A stretch of 53,747 bases of DNA, taken from NCBI GenBank assembly GCA_964658305.1, contig OZ210885.1, forward strand, positions 26,474,001 through 26,527,747. The letters run 5' to 3'. This DNA is from Leptogorgia sarmentosa. Its lineage: Eukaryota. Shown in pieces: positions 15,001 through 30,100 of the stretch. Every line of letters begins with the position of its first letter. The stretch's first letter is position 1. The translations under genes and the position numbers were made by a program. The notes below the pieces were generated by a model that did no database searches, was not told the origin of the DNA, and worked only from the letters and a program-made list of their open reading frames with translations.

Positions 15001-18000
15001 ATTTGACTAATGTTTGAAATTTTAAAACTCTTCAAATGCCAAAAATCACACTCTAGCGATGTTGCAGAGCGTGTTTACATTGATAACAATGATTTTGATT
15101 TGTTCGTACGAAGTTGGAAAATGTGTCGAAAATGATCATGATTTTGACTAAAGTTTGAAATTTTAAAACTCTTCAAATGCAAAAAATCACACTCTAGCGA
15201 TGTTGTAGAGTGTGTTTACATTGATAATAATGATTTTGATTTGTTCATACCAAGTTGGAAAATGTGTCAAAAATGATCATGATTTTGAGTAATGTTTGAA
15301 ATTTTAAAACTCTTCAGATGCTAAAAATCTCCCTCCAGTGATGCTGCAGAGTGTGTTTACATTGATAATAATGATTTTGATTTGTTCATACCAAGTTGGA
15401 AAATGTGTCAAAAATGATCATGAATTTGACTAAAGTTTGAAATTTTAAAACTCTTCAAATGCCAAAAATCACACTCTAGCGATGTTGCAGAGCGTGTTTA
15501 CATTGATAACAATGATTTTGATTTGTTCGTACGAAGTTGGAAAATGTGTCGAAAATGATCATGATTTTGACTAAAGTTTGAAATTTTAAAACTCTTCAAA
15601 TGCAAAAAATCACACTCTAGCGATGTTGCAGAGTGTGTTTACATTGATAATAATGATTTTGATTTGTTCATACCAAGTTGGAAAATGTGTCGAAAATGAT
15701 CATGATTTTGACTAAAGTTTGAAATTTTAAAACTCTTCAAATGCAAAAAATCACACTCTAGCGATGTTGCAGAGCGTGTTTACATTGATAACAATGATTT
15801 TGATTTGTTCATACCAAGTTGGAAAATGTGTCAAAAATGATCATGAATTTGACTAAAGTTTGAAATTTTAAAACTCTTCAAATGCAAAAAATCACACTCT
15901 AGCGATGTTGCAGAGCGTGTTTACATTGATAACAATGATTTTGATTTGTCGTACGAAGTTGGAAAATGTGTCGAAAATGATCAAGATTTTGACTAATGTT
16001 TGAAATTTTAAAACTCTTCAGATGCTAAAAATCTCCCTCCAGTGATGCTGCAGAGTGTGTTTACATTGATAATAATGATTTTGATTTGTTCATACCAAGT
16101 TGGAAAATGTGTCAAAAATGATCATGAATTTGACTAAAGTTTGAAATTTTAAAACTCTTCAAATGCCAAAAATCACACTCTAGCGATGTTGCAGAGCGTG
16201 TTTACATTGATAACAATGATTTTGATTTGTTCATACCAACTTGGAAAATGTGTCGAAAATGATCATGATTTTGACTAATGTTTGAAATTTTAAAACTCTT
16301 CAGATGCTAAAAATCTCCCTCCAGTGATGCTGCAGAGTGTGTTTACATTGATAATAATGATTTTGATTTGTTCATACCAAGTTGGAAAATGTGTCAAAAA
16401 TGATCATGAATTTGACTAAAGTTTGAAATTTTAAAACTCTTCAAATGCCAAAAATCACACTCTAGCGATGTTGCAGAGCGTGTTTACATTGATAACAATG
16501 ATTTTGATTTGTTCATACCAAGTTGGAAAATGTGTCAAAAATGATCATGATTTTGACTAATGTTTGAAATTTTAAAACTCTTCAGATGCTAAAAATCTCC
16601 CTCCAGTGATGCTGCAGAGTGTGTTTACATTGATAATAATGATTTTGATTTGTTCATACCAAGTTGGAAAATGTGTCAAAAATGATCATGAATTTGACTA
16701 AAGTTTGAAATTTTAAAACTCTTCAGATGCTAAAAATCTCCCTCCAGTGATGCTGCAGAGTGTGTTTACATTGATAATAATGATTTTGATTTGTTCATAC
16801 CAAGTTGGAAAATGTGTCAAAAATGATCATGAATTTGACTAAAGTTTGAAATTTTAAAACTCTTCAAATGCCAAAAATCACACTCTAGCGATGTTGCAGA
16901 GCGTGTTTACATTGATAACAATGATTTTGATTTGTTCGTACGAAGTTGGAAAATGTGTCGAAAATGATCATGATTTTGACTAAAGTTTGAAATTTTAAAA
17001 CTCTTCAAATGCAAAAAATCACACTCTAGCGATGTTGCAGAGTGTGTTTACATTGATAATAATGATTTTGATTTGTTCATACCAAGTTGGAAAATGTGTC
17101 GAAAATGATCATGATTTTGACTAAAGTTTGAAATTTTAAAACTCTTCAAATGCAAAAAATCACACTCTAGCGATGTTGCAGAGCGTGTTTACATTGATAA
17201 CAATGATTTTGATTTGTTCATACCAAGTTGGAAAATGTGTCAAAAATGATCATGAATTTGACTAAAGTTTGAAATTTTAAAACTCTTCAAATGCAAAAAA
17301 TCACACTCTAGCGATGTTGCAGAGCGTGTTTACATTGATAACAATGATTTTGATTTGTCGTACGAAGTTGGAAAATGTGTCGAAAATGATCATGATTTTG
17401 ACTAATGTTTGAAATTTTAAAACTCTTCAGATGCTAAAAATCTCCCTCCAGTGATGCTGCAGAGTGTGTTTACATTGATAATAATGATTTTGATTTGTTC
17501 ATACCAAGTTGGAAAATGTGTCAAAAATGATCATGAATTTGACTAAAGTTTGAAATTTTAAAACTCTTCAAATGCCAAAAATCACACTCTAGCGATGTTG
17601 CAGAGCGTGTTTACATTGATAACAATGATTTTGATTTGTTCATACCAACTTGGAAAATGTGTCGAAAATGATCATGATTTTGACTAATGTTTGAAATTTT
17701 AAAACTCTTCAGATGCTAAAAATCTCCCTCCAGTGATGCTGCAGAGTGTGTTTACATTGATAATAATGATTTTGATTTGTTCATACCAAGTTGGAAAATG
17801 TGTCAAAAATGATCATGAATTTGACTAAAGTTTGAAATTTTAAAACTCTTCAAATGCCAAAAATCACACTCTAGCGATGTTGCAGAGCGTGTTTACATTG
17901 ATAACAATGATTTTGATTTGTTCATACCAAGTTGGAAAATGTGTCAAAAATGATCATGATTTTGACTAATGTTTGAAATTTTAAAACTCTTCAGATGCTA

Positions 18001-21000
18001 AAAATCTCCCTCCAGTGATGCTGCAGAGTGTGTTTACATTGATAATAATGATTTTGATTTGTTCATACCAAGTTGGAAAATGTGTCAAAAATGATCATGA
18101 ATTTGACTAAAGTTTGAAATTTTAAAACTCTTCAAATGCCAAAAATCACACTCTAGCGATGTTGCAGAGCGTGTTTACATTGATAACAATGATTTTGATT
18201 TGTTCGTACGAAGTTGGAAAATGTGTCAAAAATGATCATGAATTTGACTAAAGTTTGAAATTTTAAAATTCTTCAAATGCAAAAAATCACACTCTAGCGA
18301 TGTTGCAGAATGTGTTTACATTGATAATAATGATTTTGATTTGTTCATACCAAGTTGGAAAATGTGTCGAAAATGATCATGATTTTGACTAAAGTTTGAA
18401 ATTTTAAAACTCTTCAAATGCCAAAAATCACACTCTAGCGATGTTGCAGAGCGTGTTTACATTGATAACAATGATTTTGATTTGTTCGTACGAAGTTGGA
18501 AAATGTGTCGAAAATGATCATGATTTTGACTAATGTTTGAAATTTTAAAACTCTTCAGATGCTAAAAATCTCCCTCCAGTGATGCTGCAGAGTGTGTTTA
18601 CATTGATAATAATGATTTTGATTTGTTCATACCAAGTTGGAAAATGTGTCAAAAATGATCATGAATTTGACTAAAGTTTGAAATTTTAAAACTCTTCAAA
18701 TGCCAAAAATCACACTCTAGCGATGTTGCAGAGCGTGTTTACATTGATAACAATGATTTTGATTTGTTCATACCAAGTTGGAAAATGTGTCAAAAATGAT
18801 CATGATTTTGACTAATGTTTCAAATTTTAAAACTCTTCAGATGCTAAAAATCTCCCTCCAGTGATGCTGCAGAGTGTGTTTACATTGATAATAATGATTT
18901 TGATTTGTTCATACCAAGTTGGAAAATGTGTCAAAAATGATCATGAATTTGACTAAAGTTTGAAATTTTAAAACTCTTCAAATGCCAAAAATCACACTCT
19001 AGCGATGTTGCAGAGCGTGTTTACATTGATAACAATGATTTTGATTTGTTCGTACGAAGTTGGAAAATGTGTCGAAAATGATCATGATTTTGACTAAAGT
19101 TTGAAATTTTAAAACTCTTCAAATGCAAAAAATCACACTCTAGCTATGTTGCAGAGTGTGTTTACATTGATAATAATGATTTTGATTTGTTCATACCAAG
19201 TTGGAAAATGTGTCGAAAATGATCATGATTTTGACTAAAGTTTGAAATTTTAAAACTCTTCAAATGCAAAAAATCACACTCTAGCGATGTTGCAGAGTGT
19301 GTTTACATTGATAATAATGATTTTGATTTGTTCATACCAAGTAGGAAAATGTGTCAAAAATGATCATGATTTTGACTAATGTTTGAAATTTTAAAACTCT
19401 TCAAATGCCAAAAATCACACTCTAGCGATGTTGAAGAGCGTGTTTACATTGATAACAATGATTTTGATTTGTTCGTACGAAGTTGGAAAATGTGTCGAAA
19501 ATGATCATGATCTTGACTAATGTTTGAAATTTTAAAACTCTTCAGATGCTAAAAATCTCCCTCCAGTGATGCTGCAGAGTGTGTTTACATTGATAATAAT
19601 GATTTTGATTTGTTCATACCAAGTTGGAAAATGTGTCGAAAATGATCATGATTTTGACTAATGTTTGAAATTTTAAAACTCTTCAGATGCTAAAAATCTC
19701 CCTCCAGTGATGCTGCAGAGTGTGTTTACATTGATAATAATGATTTTGATTTGTTCATACCAAGTTGGAAAATGTGTCAAAAATGATCATGAATTTGACT
19801 AAAGTTTGAAATTTTAAAACTCTTCAAATGCAAAAAATCACACTATAGCGATGTTGCAGGTTGTGTTTACATTGATAATAATGATTTTGATTTGTTCATA
19901 CCAAGTTGGAAAATGTGTCAAAAATGATCATGAATTTGACTAAAGATTGAAATTTTAAAACTCTTCAAATGCAAAAAATCACACTCTAGCGATGTTGCAG
20001 AGTGTGTTTACATTGATAATAATGATTTTGATTTGTTCATACCAAGTTGGAAAATGTCTCAAAAATGATCATGATTTTGACTAATGTTTGAAATTTTAAA
20101 ACTCTTCAAATGCCAAAAATCACACTCTAGCGATGTTGCAGAGCGTGTTTACATTGATAACAATGATTTTGATTTGTTCGTACGAAGTTGGAAAAATGTA
20201 TCGAAAATGATCATGATTCTGACTAATGTTTGAAATTTTAAAACTCTTCAAATGCAAAAAATCACACTCTAGCGATGTTGCAGAGTGTGTTTACATTGAT
20301 AATAATGATTTTGATTTGTTCATACCAAGTAGGCAAATGTGTCAAAAATGATCATGATATTGACTAATGTTTGAAATTTTAAAACTCTTCAAATGCCAAA
20401 AATCACACTCTAGCGATGTTGCAGAGCGTGTTTACATTGATAACAATGATTTTGATTTGTTCATACCAAGTTGGAAAATGTGTCAAAAATGATCATGAAT
20501 TTGACTAAAGTTTGAAATTTTAAAACTCTTCAAATGCAAAAAATCACACTCTAGCGATGTTGCAGAGCGTGTTTACATTGATAACAATGATTTTGATTTG
20601 TAGTACGAAGTTGGAAAATGTGTCAAAAATGATCATGAATTTGACTAAAGTTTGAAATTTTAAAACTCTTCAAATGCCAAAAATCACACTCTAGCGATGT
20701 TGCAGAGCGTGTTTACATTGATAACAATGATTTTGATTTGTTCGTACGAAGTTGGAAAATGTGTCAAAAATGATCATGAATTTGACTAAAGTTTGAAATT
20801 TTAAAATTCTTCAAATGCAAAAAATCACACTCTAGCGATGTTGCAGAATGTGTTTACATTGATAATAATGATTTTGATTTGTTCATACCAAGTTGGAAAA
20901 TGTGTCGAAAATGATCATGATTTTGACTAAAGTTTGAAATTTTAAAACTCTTCAAATGCCAAAAATCACACTCTAGCGATGTTGCAGAGCGTGTTTACAT

Positions 21001-24000
21001 TGATAACAATGATTTTGATTTGTTCGTACGAAGTTGGAAAATGTGTCGAAAATGATCATGATTTTGACTAATGTTTGAAATTTTAAAACTCTTCAGATGC
21101 TAAAAATCTCCCTCCAGTGATGCTGCAGAGTGTGTTTACATTGATAATAATGATTTTGATTTGTTCATACCTAGTTGGAAAATGTGTCAAAAATGATCAT
21201 GAATTTGACTAAAGTTTGAAATTTTAAAACTCTTCAAATGCCAAAAATCACACTCTAGCGATGTTGCAGAGTGTGTTTACATTGATAATAATGATTTTGA
21301 TTTGTTCATACCAAGTTGGAAAATGTGTCGAAAATGATCATGATTTTGACTAATGTTTGAAATTTTAAAACTCTTCAGATGCTAAAAATCTCCCTCCAGT
21401 GATGTTGCAGAGCGTGTTTACATTGATAACAATGATTTCGATTTGTTCCTACGAAGTTGGAAAATGTGTCAAAAATGATCATGAATTTGACTAAAGTTTG
21501 AAATTTTAAAACTCTTCAAATGCCAAAAATCACACTCTAGCGATGTTGCAGAGCGTGTTTACATTGATAACAATGATTTTGATTTGTTCGTACGAAGTTG
21601 GAAAAATGTATCGAAAATGATCATGATTTTGACTAATGTTTGAAATTTTAAAACTCTTCAAATGCAAAAAATCACACTCTAGCGATGTTGCAGAGTGTGT
21701 TTACATTGATAATAATGATTTTGATTTGTTCATACCAAGTAGGCAAATGTGTCAAAAATGATCATGATATTGACTAATGTTTGAAATTTTAAAACTCTTC
21801 AAATGCCAAAAATCACACTCTAGCGATATTGCAGAGCGTGTTTACATTGATAACAATGATTTTGATTTGTTCATACCAAGTTGGAAAATGTGTCGAAAAT
21901 GATCATGATTTTGACTAATGTTTGAAATTTTAAAACTCTTCAGATGCTAAAAATCTCCCTCCAGTGATGCTGCAGAGTGTGTTTACATTGATAATAATGA
22001 TTTTGATTTGTTCATACCAAGTTGGAAAATGTGTCGAAAATGATCATGATTTTGACTAATGTTTGAAATTTTGAAACTCTTCAGATGCTAAAAATCTCCC
22101 TCCAGTGATGCTGCAGAGTGTGTTTACATTGATAATAATGATTTTGATTTGTTCATACCAAGTTGGAAAATGTGTCAAAAATGATCATGAATTTGACTAA
22201 AGTTTGAAATTTTAAAACTCTTCAAATGCAAAAAATCACACTCTAGCGATGTTGCAGATTGTGTTTACATTGATAATAATGATTTTGATTTGTTCATACC
22301 AAGTTGGAAAATGTGTCAAAAATGATCATGAATTTGACTAAAGTTTGAAATTTTAAAACTCTTCAAAGGCAAAAAATCACACTCTAGCGATGTTGCAGAG
22401 TGTGTTTATATTGATAATAAAGATTTTGATTTGTTCATACCAAATTGGAAAATGTGTCAAAAATGATCATGATTTTGACTAATGTTTGAAATTTTAAAAC
22501 TCTTCAGATGCTAAAAATCTCCCTCCATTGATGCTGCAGAGTGTGTTTACATTGATAATAATGATTTTGATTTGTTCATACCAAGTTGGAAAATGTGTCA
22601 AAAATGATCATGAATTTGACTAAAGTTTGAAATTTTAAAACTCTTCAAATGCAAAAAATCACACTCTAGCGATGTTGCAGAGCGTGTTTACATTGATAAC
22701 AATGATTTTGATTTGTTCGTACGAAGTTGGAAAATGTGTCGAAAATGATCATGATTTTGACTAAAGTTTGAAATTTTAAAACTCTTCCAATGCAAAAAAT
22801 CACACTCTAGCGATGTTGCAGAGTGTGTTTACATTGATAATAATGATTTTGATTTGTTCATACCAAGTTGGAAAATGTGTCGAAAATGATCATGATTTTG
22901 ACTAATGTTTGAAATTTTAAAACTCTTCAGATGCTAAAAATCTCCCTCCAGTGATGCTGCAGAGTGTGTTTACATTGATAATAATGATTTTGATTTGTTC
23001 ATACCAAGTTGGAAAATGTGTCAAAAATGATCATGAATTTGACTAAAGTTTGAAATTTTAAAACTGTTCAAATGCCAAAAATCACACTCTAGCGATGTTG
23101 CAGAGCGTGTTTACATTGATAACAATGATTTTGATTTGTTCGTACGAAGTTGGAAAATGTGTCAAAAATGATCATGAATTTGACTAAAGTTTGAAATTTT
23201 AAAACTCTTCAAATGCAAAAAATCACACTCTAGCGATGTTGCAGAGTGTGTTTACATTGATAATAATGATTTTGATTTGTTCATACCAAGTTGGAAAATG
23301 TGTCGAAAATGATCATGATTTTGACTAAAGTTTGAAATTTTAAAACACTTCAAATGCCAAAAATCACACTCTAGCGATGTTGCAGAGCGTGTTTACATTG
23401 ATAACAATGATTTTGATTTGTTCGTACGAAGTTGGAAAATGTGTCGAAAATGATCATGATTTTGACTAATGTTTGAAATTTTAAAACTCTTCAGATGCTA
23501 AAAATCTCCCTCCAGTGATGCTGCAGAGTGTGTTTACATTGATAATAATGATTTTGATTTGTTCATACCAAGTTGGAAAATGTGTCAAAAATGATCATGA
23601 ATTTGACTAAAGTTTGAAATTTTAAAACTCTTCAAATGCCAAAAATCACACTCTAGCGATGTTGCAGAGCGTGTTTACATTGATAACAATGATTTTGATT
23701 TGTTCATACCAAGTTGGAAAATGTGTCAAAAATGATCATGATTTTGACTAATGTTTGAAATTTTAAAACTCTTCAGATGCTAAAAATCTCCCTCCAGTGA
23801 TGCTGCAGAGTGTGTTTACATTGATAATAATGATTTTGATTTGTTCATACCAAGTTGGAAAATGTGTCAAAAATGATCATGAATTTGACTAAAGTTTGAA
23901 ATTTTAAAACTCTTCAAATGCCAAAAATCACACTCTAGCGATGTTGCAGAGCGTGTTTACATTGATAACAATGATTTTGATTTGTTCGTACGAAGTTGGA

Positions 24001-24100
24001 AAATGTGTCGAAAATGATCATGATTTTGACTAAAGTTTGAAATTTTAAAACTTTTCAAATGCAAAAAATCACACTCTAGCGATGTTGCAGAGCGTGTTTA
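1..24100. repeat. Heterogeneous satellite domain with two monomer types, often alternating as 282-bp dimers, plus multi-monomer segmental duplications
   Basis: Type A reads CAAATGC(C/A)AAAAATCACACTCTAGCGATGTTGC and type B reads CAGATGCTAAAAATCTCCCTCCAGTGATGCTGC. Rare variants recur at fixed offsets, e.g. TAGCGGTG at 1661 and 4622 (offset 2961 = 21 x 141). Confidence 0.9.
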
Positions 24101-27100
24101 CATTGATAACAATGATTTTCATTTGTACGTACGAAGTTGGAAAATGTGTCGAAAATGATCATAATTTTGACTAAAGTTTGAAATTTTGAAACTCTTCAAA
24201 TGCAAAAAATCACACTCTAGCGATGTTGCAGAGCGTGTTTACATTGATAACAATGATTTTCATTTGTACGTACGAAGTTGGAAAATGTGTCGAAAATGAT
24301 CATAATTTTGACTAAAGTTTGAAATTTTAAAACTCTTCAAATGCAAAAAATCACACTCTAGCGATGTTGCAGAGCGTGTTTACATTGATAACAATGATTT
24401 TCATTTGTACGTACGAAGTTGGAAAATGTGTCGAAAATGATCATAATTTTGACTAAAGTTTGAAATTTTAAAACTCTTCAAATGCAAAAAATCACACTCT
24501 AGCGATGTTGCAGAGCGTGTTTACATTGATAACAATGATTTTCATTTGTACGTACGAAGTTGGAAAATGTGTCGAAAATGATCATAATTTTGACTAAAGT
24601 TTGAAATTTTAAAACTCTTCAAATGCAAAAAATCACACTCTAGCGATGTTGCAGAGCGTGTTTACATTGATAACAATGATTTTCATTTGTACGTACGAAG
24701 TTGGAAAATGTGTCGAAAATGATCATAATTTTGACTAAAGTTTGAAATTTTAAAACTCTTCAAATGCAAAAAATCACACTCTAGCGATGTTGCAGAGCGT
24801 GTTTACATTGATAACAATGATTTTCATTTGTACGTACGAAGTTGGAAAATGTGTCGAAAATGATCATAATTTTGACTAAAGTTTGAAATTTTAAAACTCT
24901 TCAAATGCAAAAAATCACACTCTAGCGATGTTGCAGAGCGTGTTTACATTGATAACAATGATTTTCATTTGTACGTACGAAGTTGGAAAATGTGTCGAAA
25001 ATGATCATAATTTTGACTAAAGTTTGAAATTTTAAAACTCTTCAAATGCAAAAAATCACACTCTAGCGATGTTGCAGAGCGTGTTTACATTGATAACAAT
25101 GATTTTCATTTGTACGTACGAAGTTGGAAAATGTGTCGAAAATGATCATAATTTTGACTAAAGTTTGAAATTTTAAAACTCTTCAAATGCAAAAAATCAC
25201 ACTCTAGCGATGTTGCAGAGCGTGTTTACATTGATAACAATGATTTTCATTTGTACGTACGAAGTTGGAAAATGTGTCGAAAATGATCATAATTTTGACT
25301 AAAGTTTGAAATTTTAAAACTCTTCAAATGCAAAAAATCACACTCTAGCGATGTTGCAGAGCGTGTTTACATTGATAACAATGATTTTCATTTGTACGTA
25401 CGAAGTTGGAAAATGTGTCGAAAATGATCATAATTTTGACTAAAGTTTGAAATTTTAAAACTCTTCAAATGCAAAAAATCACACTCTAGCGATGTTGCAG
25501 AGCGTGTTTACATTGATAACAATGATTTTCATTTGTACGTACGAAGTTGGAAAATGTGTCGAAAATGATCATAATTTTGACTAAAGTTTGAAATTTTAAA
25601 ACTCTTCAAATGCAAAAAATCACACTCTAGCGATGTTGCAGAGCGTGTTTACATTGATAACAATGATTTTCATTTGTACGTACGAAGTTGGAAAATGTGT
25701 CGAAAATGATCATAATTTTGACTAAAGTTTGAAATTTTAAAACTCTTCAAATGCAAAAAATCACACTCTAGCGATGTTGCAGAGCGTGTTTACATTGATA
25801 ACAATGATTTTCATTTGTACGTACGAAGTTGGAAAATGTGTCGAAAATGATCATAATTTTGACTAAAGTTTGAAATTTTAAAACTCTTCAAATGCAAAAA
25901 ATCACACTCTAGCGATGTTGCAGAGCGTGTTTACATTGATAACAATGATTTTCATTTGTACGTACGAAGTTGGAAAATGTGTCGAAAATGATCATAATTT
26001 TGACTAAAGTTTGAAATTTTAAAACTCTTCAAATGCAAAAAATCACACTCTAGCGATGTTGCAGAGCGTGTTTACATTGATAACAATGATTTTCATTTGT
26101 ACGTACGAAGTTGGAAAATGTGTCGAAAATGATCATAATTTTGACTAAAGTTTGAAATTTTAAAACTCTTCAAATGCAAAAAATCACACTCTAGCGATGT
26201 TGCAGAGCGTGTTTACATTGATAACAATGATTTTCATTTGTACGTACGAAGTTGGAAAATGTGTCGAAAATGATCATAATTTTGACTAAAGTTTGAAATT
26301 TTAAAACTCTTCAAATGCAAAAAATCACACTCTAGCGATGTTGCAGAGCGTGTTTACATTGATAACAATGATTTTCATTTGTACGTACGAAGTTGGAAAA
26401 TGTGTCGAAAATGATCATAATTTTGACTAAAGTTTGAAATTTTAAAACTCTTCAAATGCAAAAAATCACACTCTAGCGATGTTGCAGAGCGTGTTTACAT
26501 TGATAACAATGATTTTCATTTGTACGTACGAAGTTGGAAAATGTGTCGAAAATGATCATAATTTTGACTAAAGTTTGAAATTTTAAAACTCTTCAAATGC
26601 AAAAAATCACACTCTAGCGATGTTGCAGAGCGTGTTTACATTGATAACAATGATTTTCATTTGTACGTACGAAGTTGGAAAATGTGTCGAAAATGATCAT
26701 AATTTTGACTAAAGTTTGAAATTTTAAAACTCTTCAAATGCAAAAAATCACACTCTAGCGATGTTGCAGAGCGTGTTTACATTGATAACAATGATTTTCA
26801 TTTGTACGTACGAAGTTGGAAAATGTGTCGAAAATGATCATAATTTTGACTAAAGTTTGAAATTTTAAAACTCTTCAAATGCAAAAAATCACACTCTAGC
26901 GATGTTGCAGAGCGTGTTTACATTGATAACAATGATTTTCATTTGTACGTACGAAGTTGGAAAATGTGTCGAAAATGATCATAATTTTGACTAAAGTTTG
27001 AAATTTTAAAACTCTTCAAATGCAAAAAATCACACTCTAGCGATGTTGCAGAGCGTGTTTACATTGATAACAATGATTTTCATTTGTACGTACGAAGTTG

Positions 27101-30100
27101 GAAAATGTGTCGAAAATGATCATAATTTTGACTAAAGTTTGAAATTTTAAAACTCTTCAAATGCAAAAAATCACACTCTAGCGATGTTGCAGAGCGTGTT
27201 TACATTGATAACAATGATTTTCATTTGTACGTACGAAGTTGGAAAATGTGTCGAAAATGATCATAATTTTGACTAAAGTTTGAAATTTTAAAACTCTTCA
27301 AATGCAAAAAATCACACTCTAGCGATGTTGCAGAGCGTGTTTACATTGATAACAATGATTTTCATTTGTACGTACGAAGTTGGAAAATGTGTCGAAAATG
27401 ATCATAATTTTGACTAAAGTTTGAAATTTTAAAACTCTTCAAATGCAAAAAATCACACTCTAGCGATGTTGCAGAGCGTGTTTACATTGATAACAATGAT
27501 TTTCATTTGTACGTACGAAGTTGGAAAATGTGTCGAAAATGATCATAATTTTGACTAAAGTTTGAAATTTTAAAACTCTTCAAATGCAAAAAATCACACT
27601 CTAGCGATGTTGCAGAGCGTGTTTACATTGATAACAATGATTTTCATTTGTACGTACGAAGTTGGAAAATGTGTCGAAAATGATCATAATTTTGACTAAA
27701 GTTTGAAATTTTAAAACTCTTCAAATGCAAAAAATCACACTCTAGCGATGTTGCAGAGCGTGTTTACATTGATAACAATGATTTTCATTTGTACGTACGA
27801 AGTTGGAAAATGTGTCGAAAATGATCATAATTTTGACTAAAGTTTGAAATTTTAAAACTCTTCAAATGCAAAAAATCACACTCTAGCGATGTTGCAGAGC
27901 GTGTTTACATTGATAACAATGATTTTCATTTGTACGTACGAAGTTGGAAAATGTGTCGAAAATGATCATAATTTTGACTAAAGTTTGAAATTTTAAAACT
28001 CTTCAAATGCAAAAAATCACACTCTAGCGATGTTGCAGAGCGTGTTTACATTGATAACAATGATTTTCATTTGTACGTACGAAGTTGGAAAATGTGTCGA
28101 AAATGATCATAATTTTGACTAAAGTTTGAAATTTTAAAACTCTTCAAATGCAAAAAATCACACTCTAGCGATGTTGCAGAGCGTGTTTACATTGATAACA
28201 ATGATTTTCATTTGTACGTACGAAGTTGGAAAATGTGTCGAAAATGATCATAATTTTGACTAAAGTTTGAAATTTTAAAACTCTTCAAATGCAAAAAATC
28301 ACACTCTAGCGATGTTGCAGAGCGTGTTTACATTGATAACAATGATTTTCATTTGTACGTACGAAGTTGGAAAATGTGTCGAAAATGATCATAATTTTGA
28401 CTAAAGTTTGAAATTTTAAAACTCTTCAAATGCAAAAAATCACACTCTAGCGATGTTGCAGAGCGTGTTTACATTGATAACAATGATTTTCATTTGTACG
28501 TACGAAGTTGGAAAATGTGTCGAAAATGATCATAATTTTGACTAAAGTTTGAAATTTTAAAACTCTTCAAATGCAAAAAATCACACTCTAGCGATGTTGC
28601 AGAGCGTGTTTACATTGATAACAATGATTTTCATTTGTACGTACGAAGTTGGAAAATGTGTCGAAAATGATCATAATTTTGACTAAAGTTTGAAATTTTA
28701 AAACTCTTCAAATGCAAAAAATCACACTCTAGCGATGTTGCAGAGCGTGTTTACATTGATAACAATGATTTTCATTTGTACGTACGAAGTTGGAAAATGT
28801 GTCGAAAATGATCATAATTTTGACTAAAGTTTGAAATTTTAAAACTCTTCAAATGCAAAAAATCACACTCTAGCGATGTTGCAGAGCGTGTTTACATTGA
28901 TAACAATGATTTTCATTTGTACGTACGAAGTTGGAAAATGTGTCGAAAATGATCATAATTTTGACTAAAGTTTGAAATTTTAAAACTCTTCAAATGCAAA
29001 AAATCACACTCTAGCGATGTTGCAGAGCGTGTTTACATTGATAACAATGATTTTCATTTGTACGTACGAAGTTGGAAAATGTGTCGAAAATGATCATAAT
29101 TTTGACTAAAGTTTGAAATTTTAAAACTCTTCAAATGCAAAAAATCACACTCTAGCGATGTTGCAGAGCGTGTTTACATTGATAACAATGATTTTCATTT
29201 GTACGTACGAAGTTGGAAAATGTGTCGAAAATGATCATAATTTTGACTAAAGTTTGAAATTTTAAAACTCTTCAAATGCAAAAAATCACACTCTAGCGAT
29301 GTTGCAGAGCGTGTTTACATTGATAACAATGATTTTCATTTGTACGTACGAAGTTGGAAAATGTGTCGAAAATGATCATAATTTTGACTAAAGTTTGAAA
29401 TTTTAAAACTCTTCAAATGCAAAAAATCACACTCTAGCGATGTTGCAGAGCGTGTTTACATTGATAACAATGATTTTCATTTGTACGTACGAAGTTGGAA
29501 AATGTGTCGAAAATGATCATAATTTTGACTAAAGTTTGAAATTTTAAAACTCTTCAAATGCAAAAAATCACACTCTAGCGATGTTGCAGAGCGTGTTTAC
29601 ATTGATAACAATGATTTTCATTTGTACGTACGAAGTTGGAAAATGTGTCGAAAATGATCATAATTTTGACTAAAGTTTGAAATTTTAAAACTCTTCAAAT
29701 GCAAAAAATCACACTCTAGCGATGTTGCAGAGCGTGTTTACATTGATAACAATGATTTTCATTTGTACGTACGAAGTTGGAAAATGTGTCGAAAATGATC
29801 ATAATTTTGACTAAAGTTTGAAATTTTAAAACTCTTCAAATGCAAAAAATCACACTCTAGCGATGTTGCAGAGCGTGTTTACATTGATAACAATGATTTT
29901 CATTTGTACGTACGAAGTTGGAAAATGTGTCGAAAATGATCATAATTTTGACTAAAGTTTGAAATTTTAAAACTCTTCAAATGCAAAAAATCACACTCTA
30001 GCGATGTTGCAGAGCGTGTTTACATTGATAACAATGATTTTCATTTGTACGTACGAAGTTGGAAAATGTGTCGAAAATGATCATAATTTTGACTAAAGTT

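Noticed and set aside
24130..24138. TACGAAGTT in the satellite matching part of a loxP arm
   Set aside because: It is a 9-bp match with no partner arm, and there is no reason to expect Cre-like specificity.
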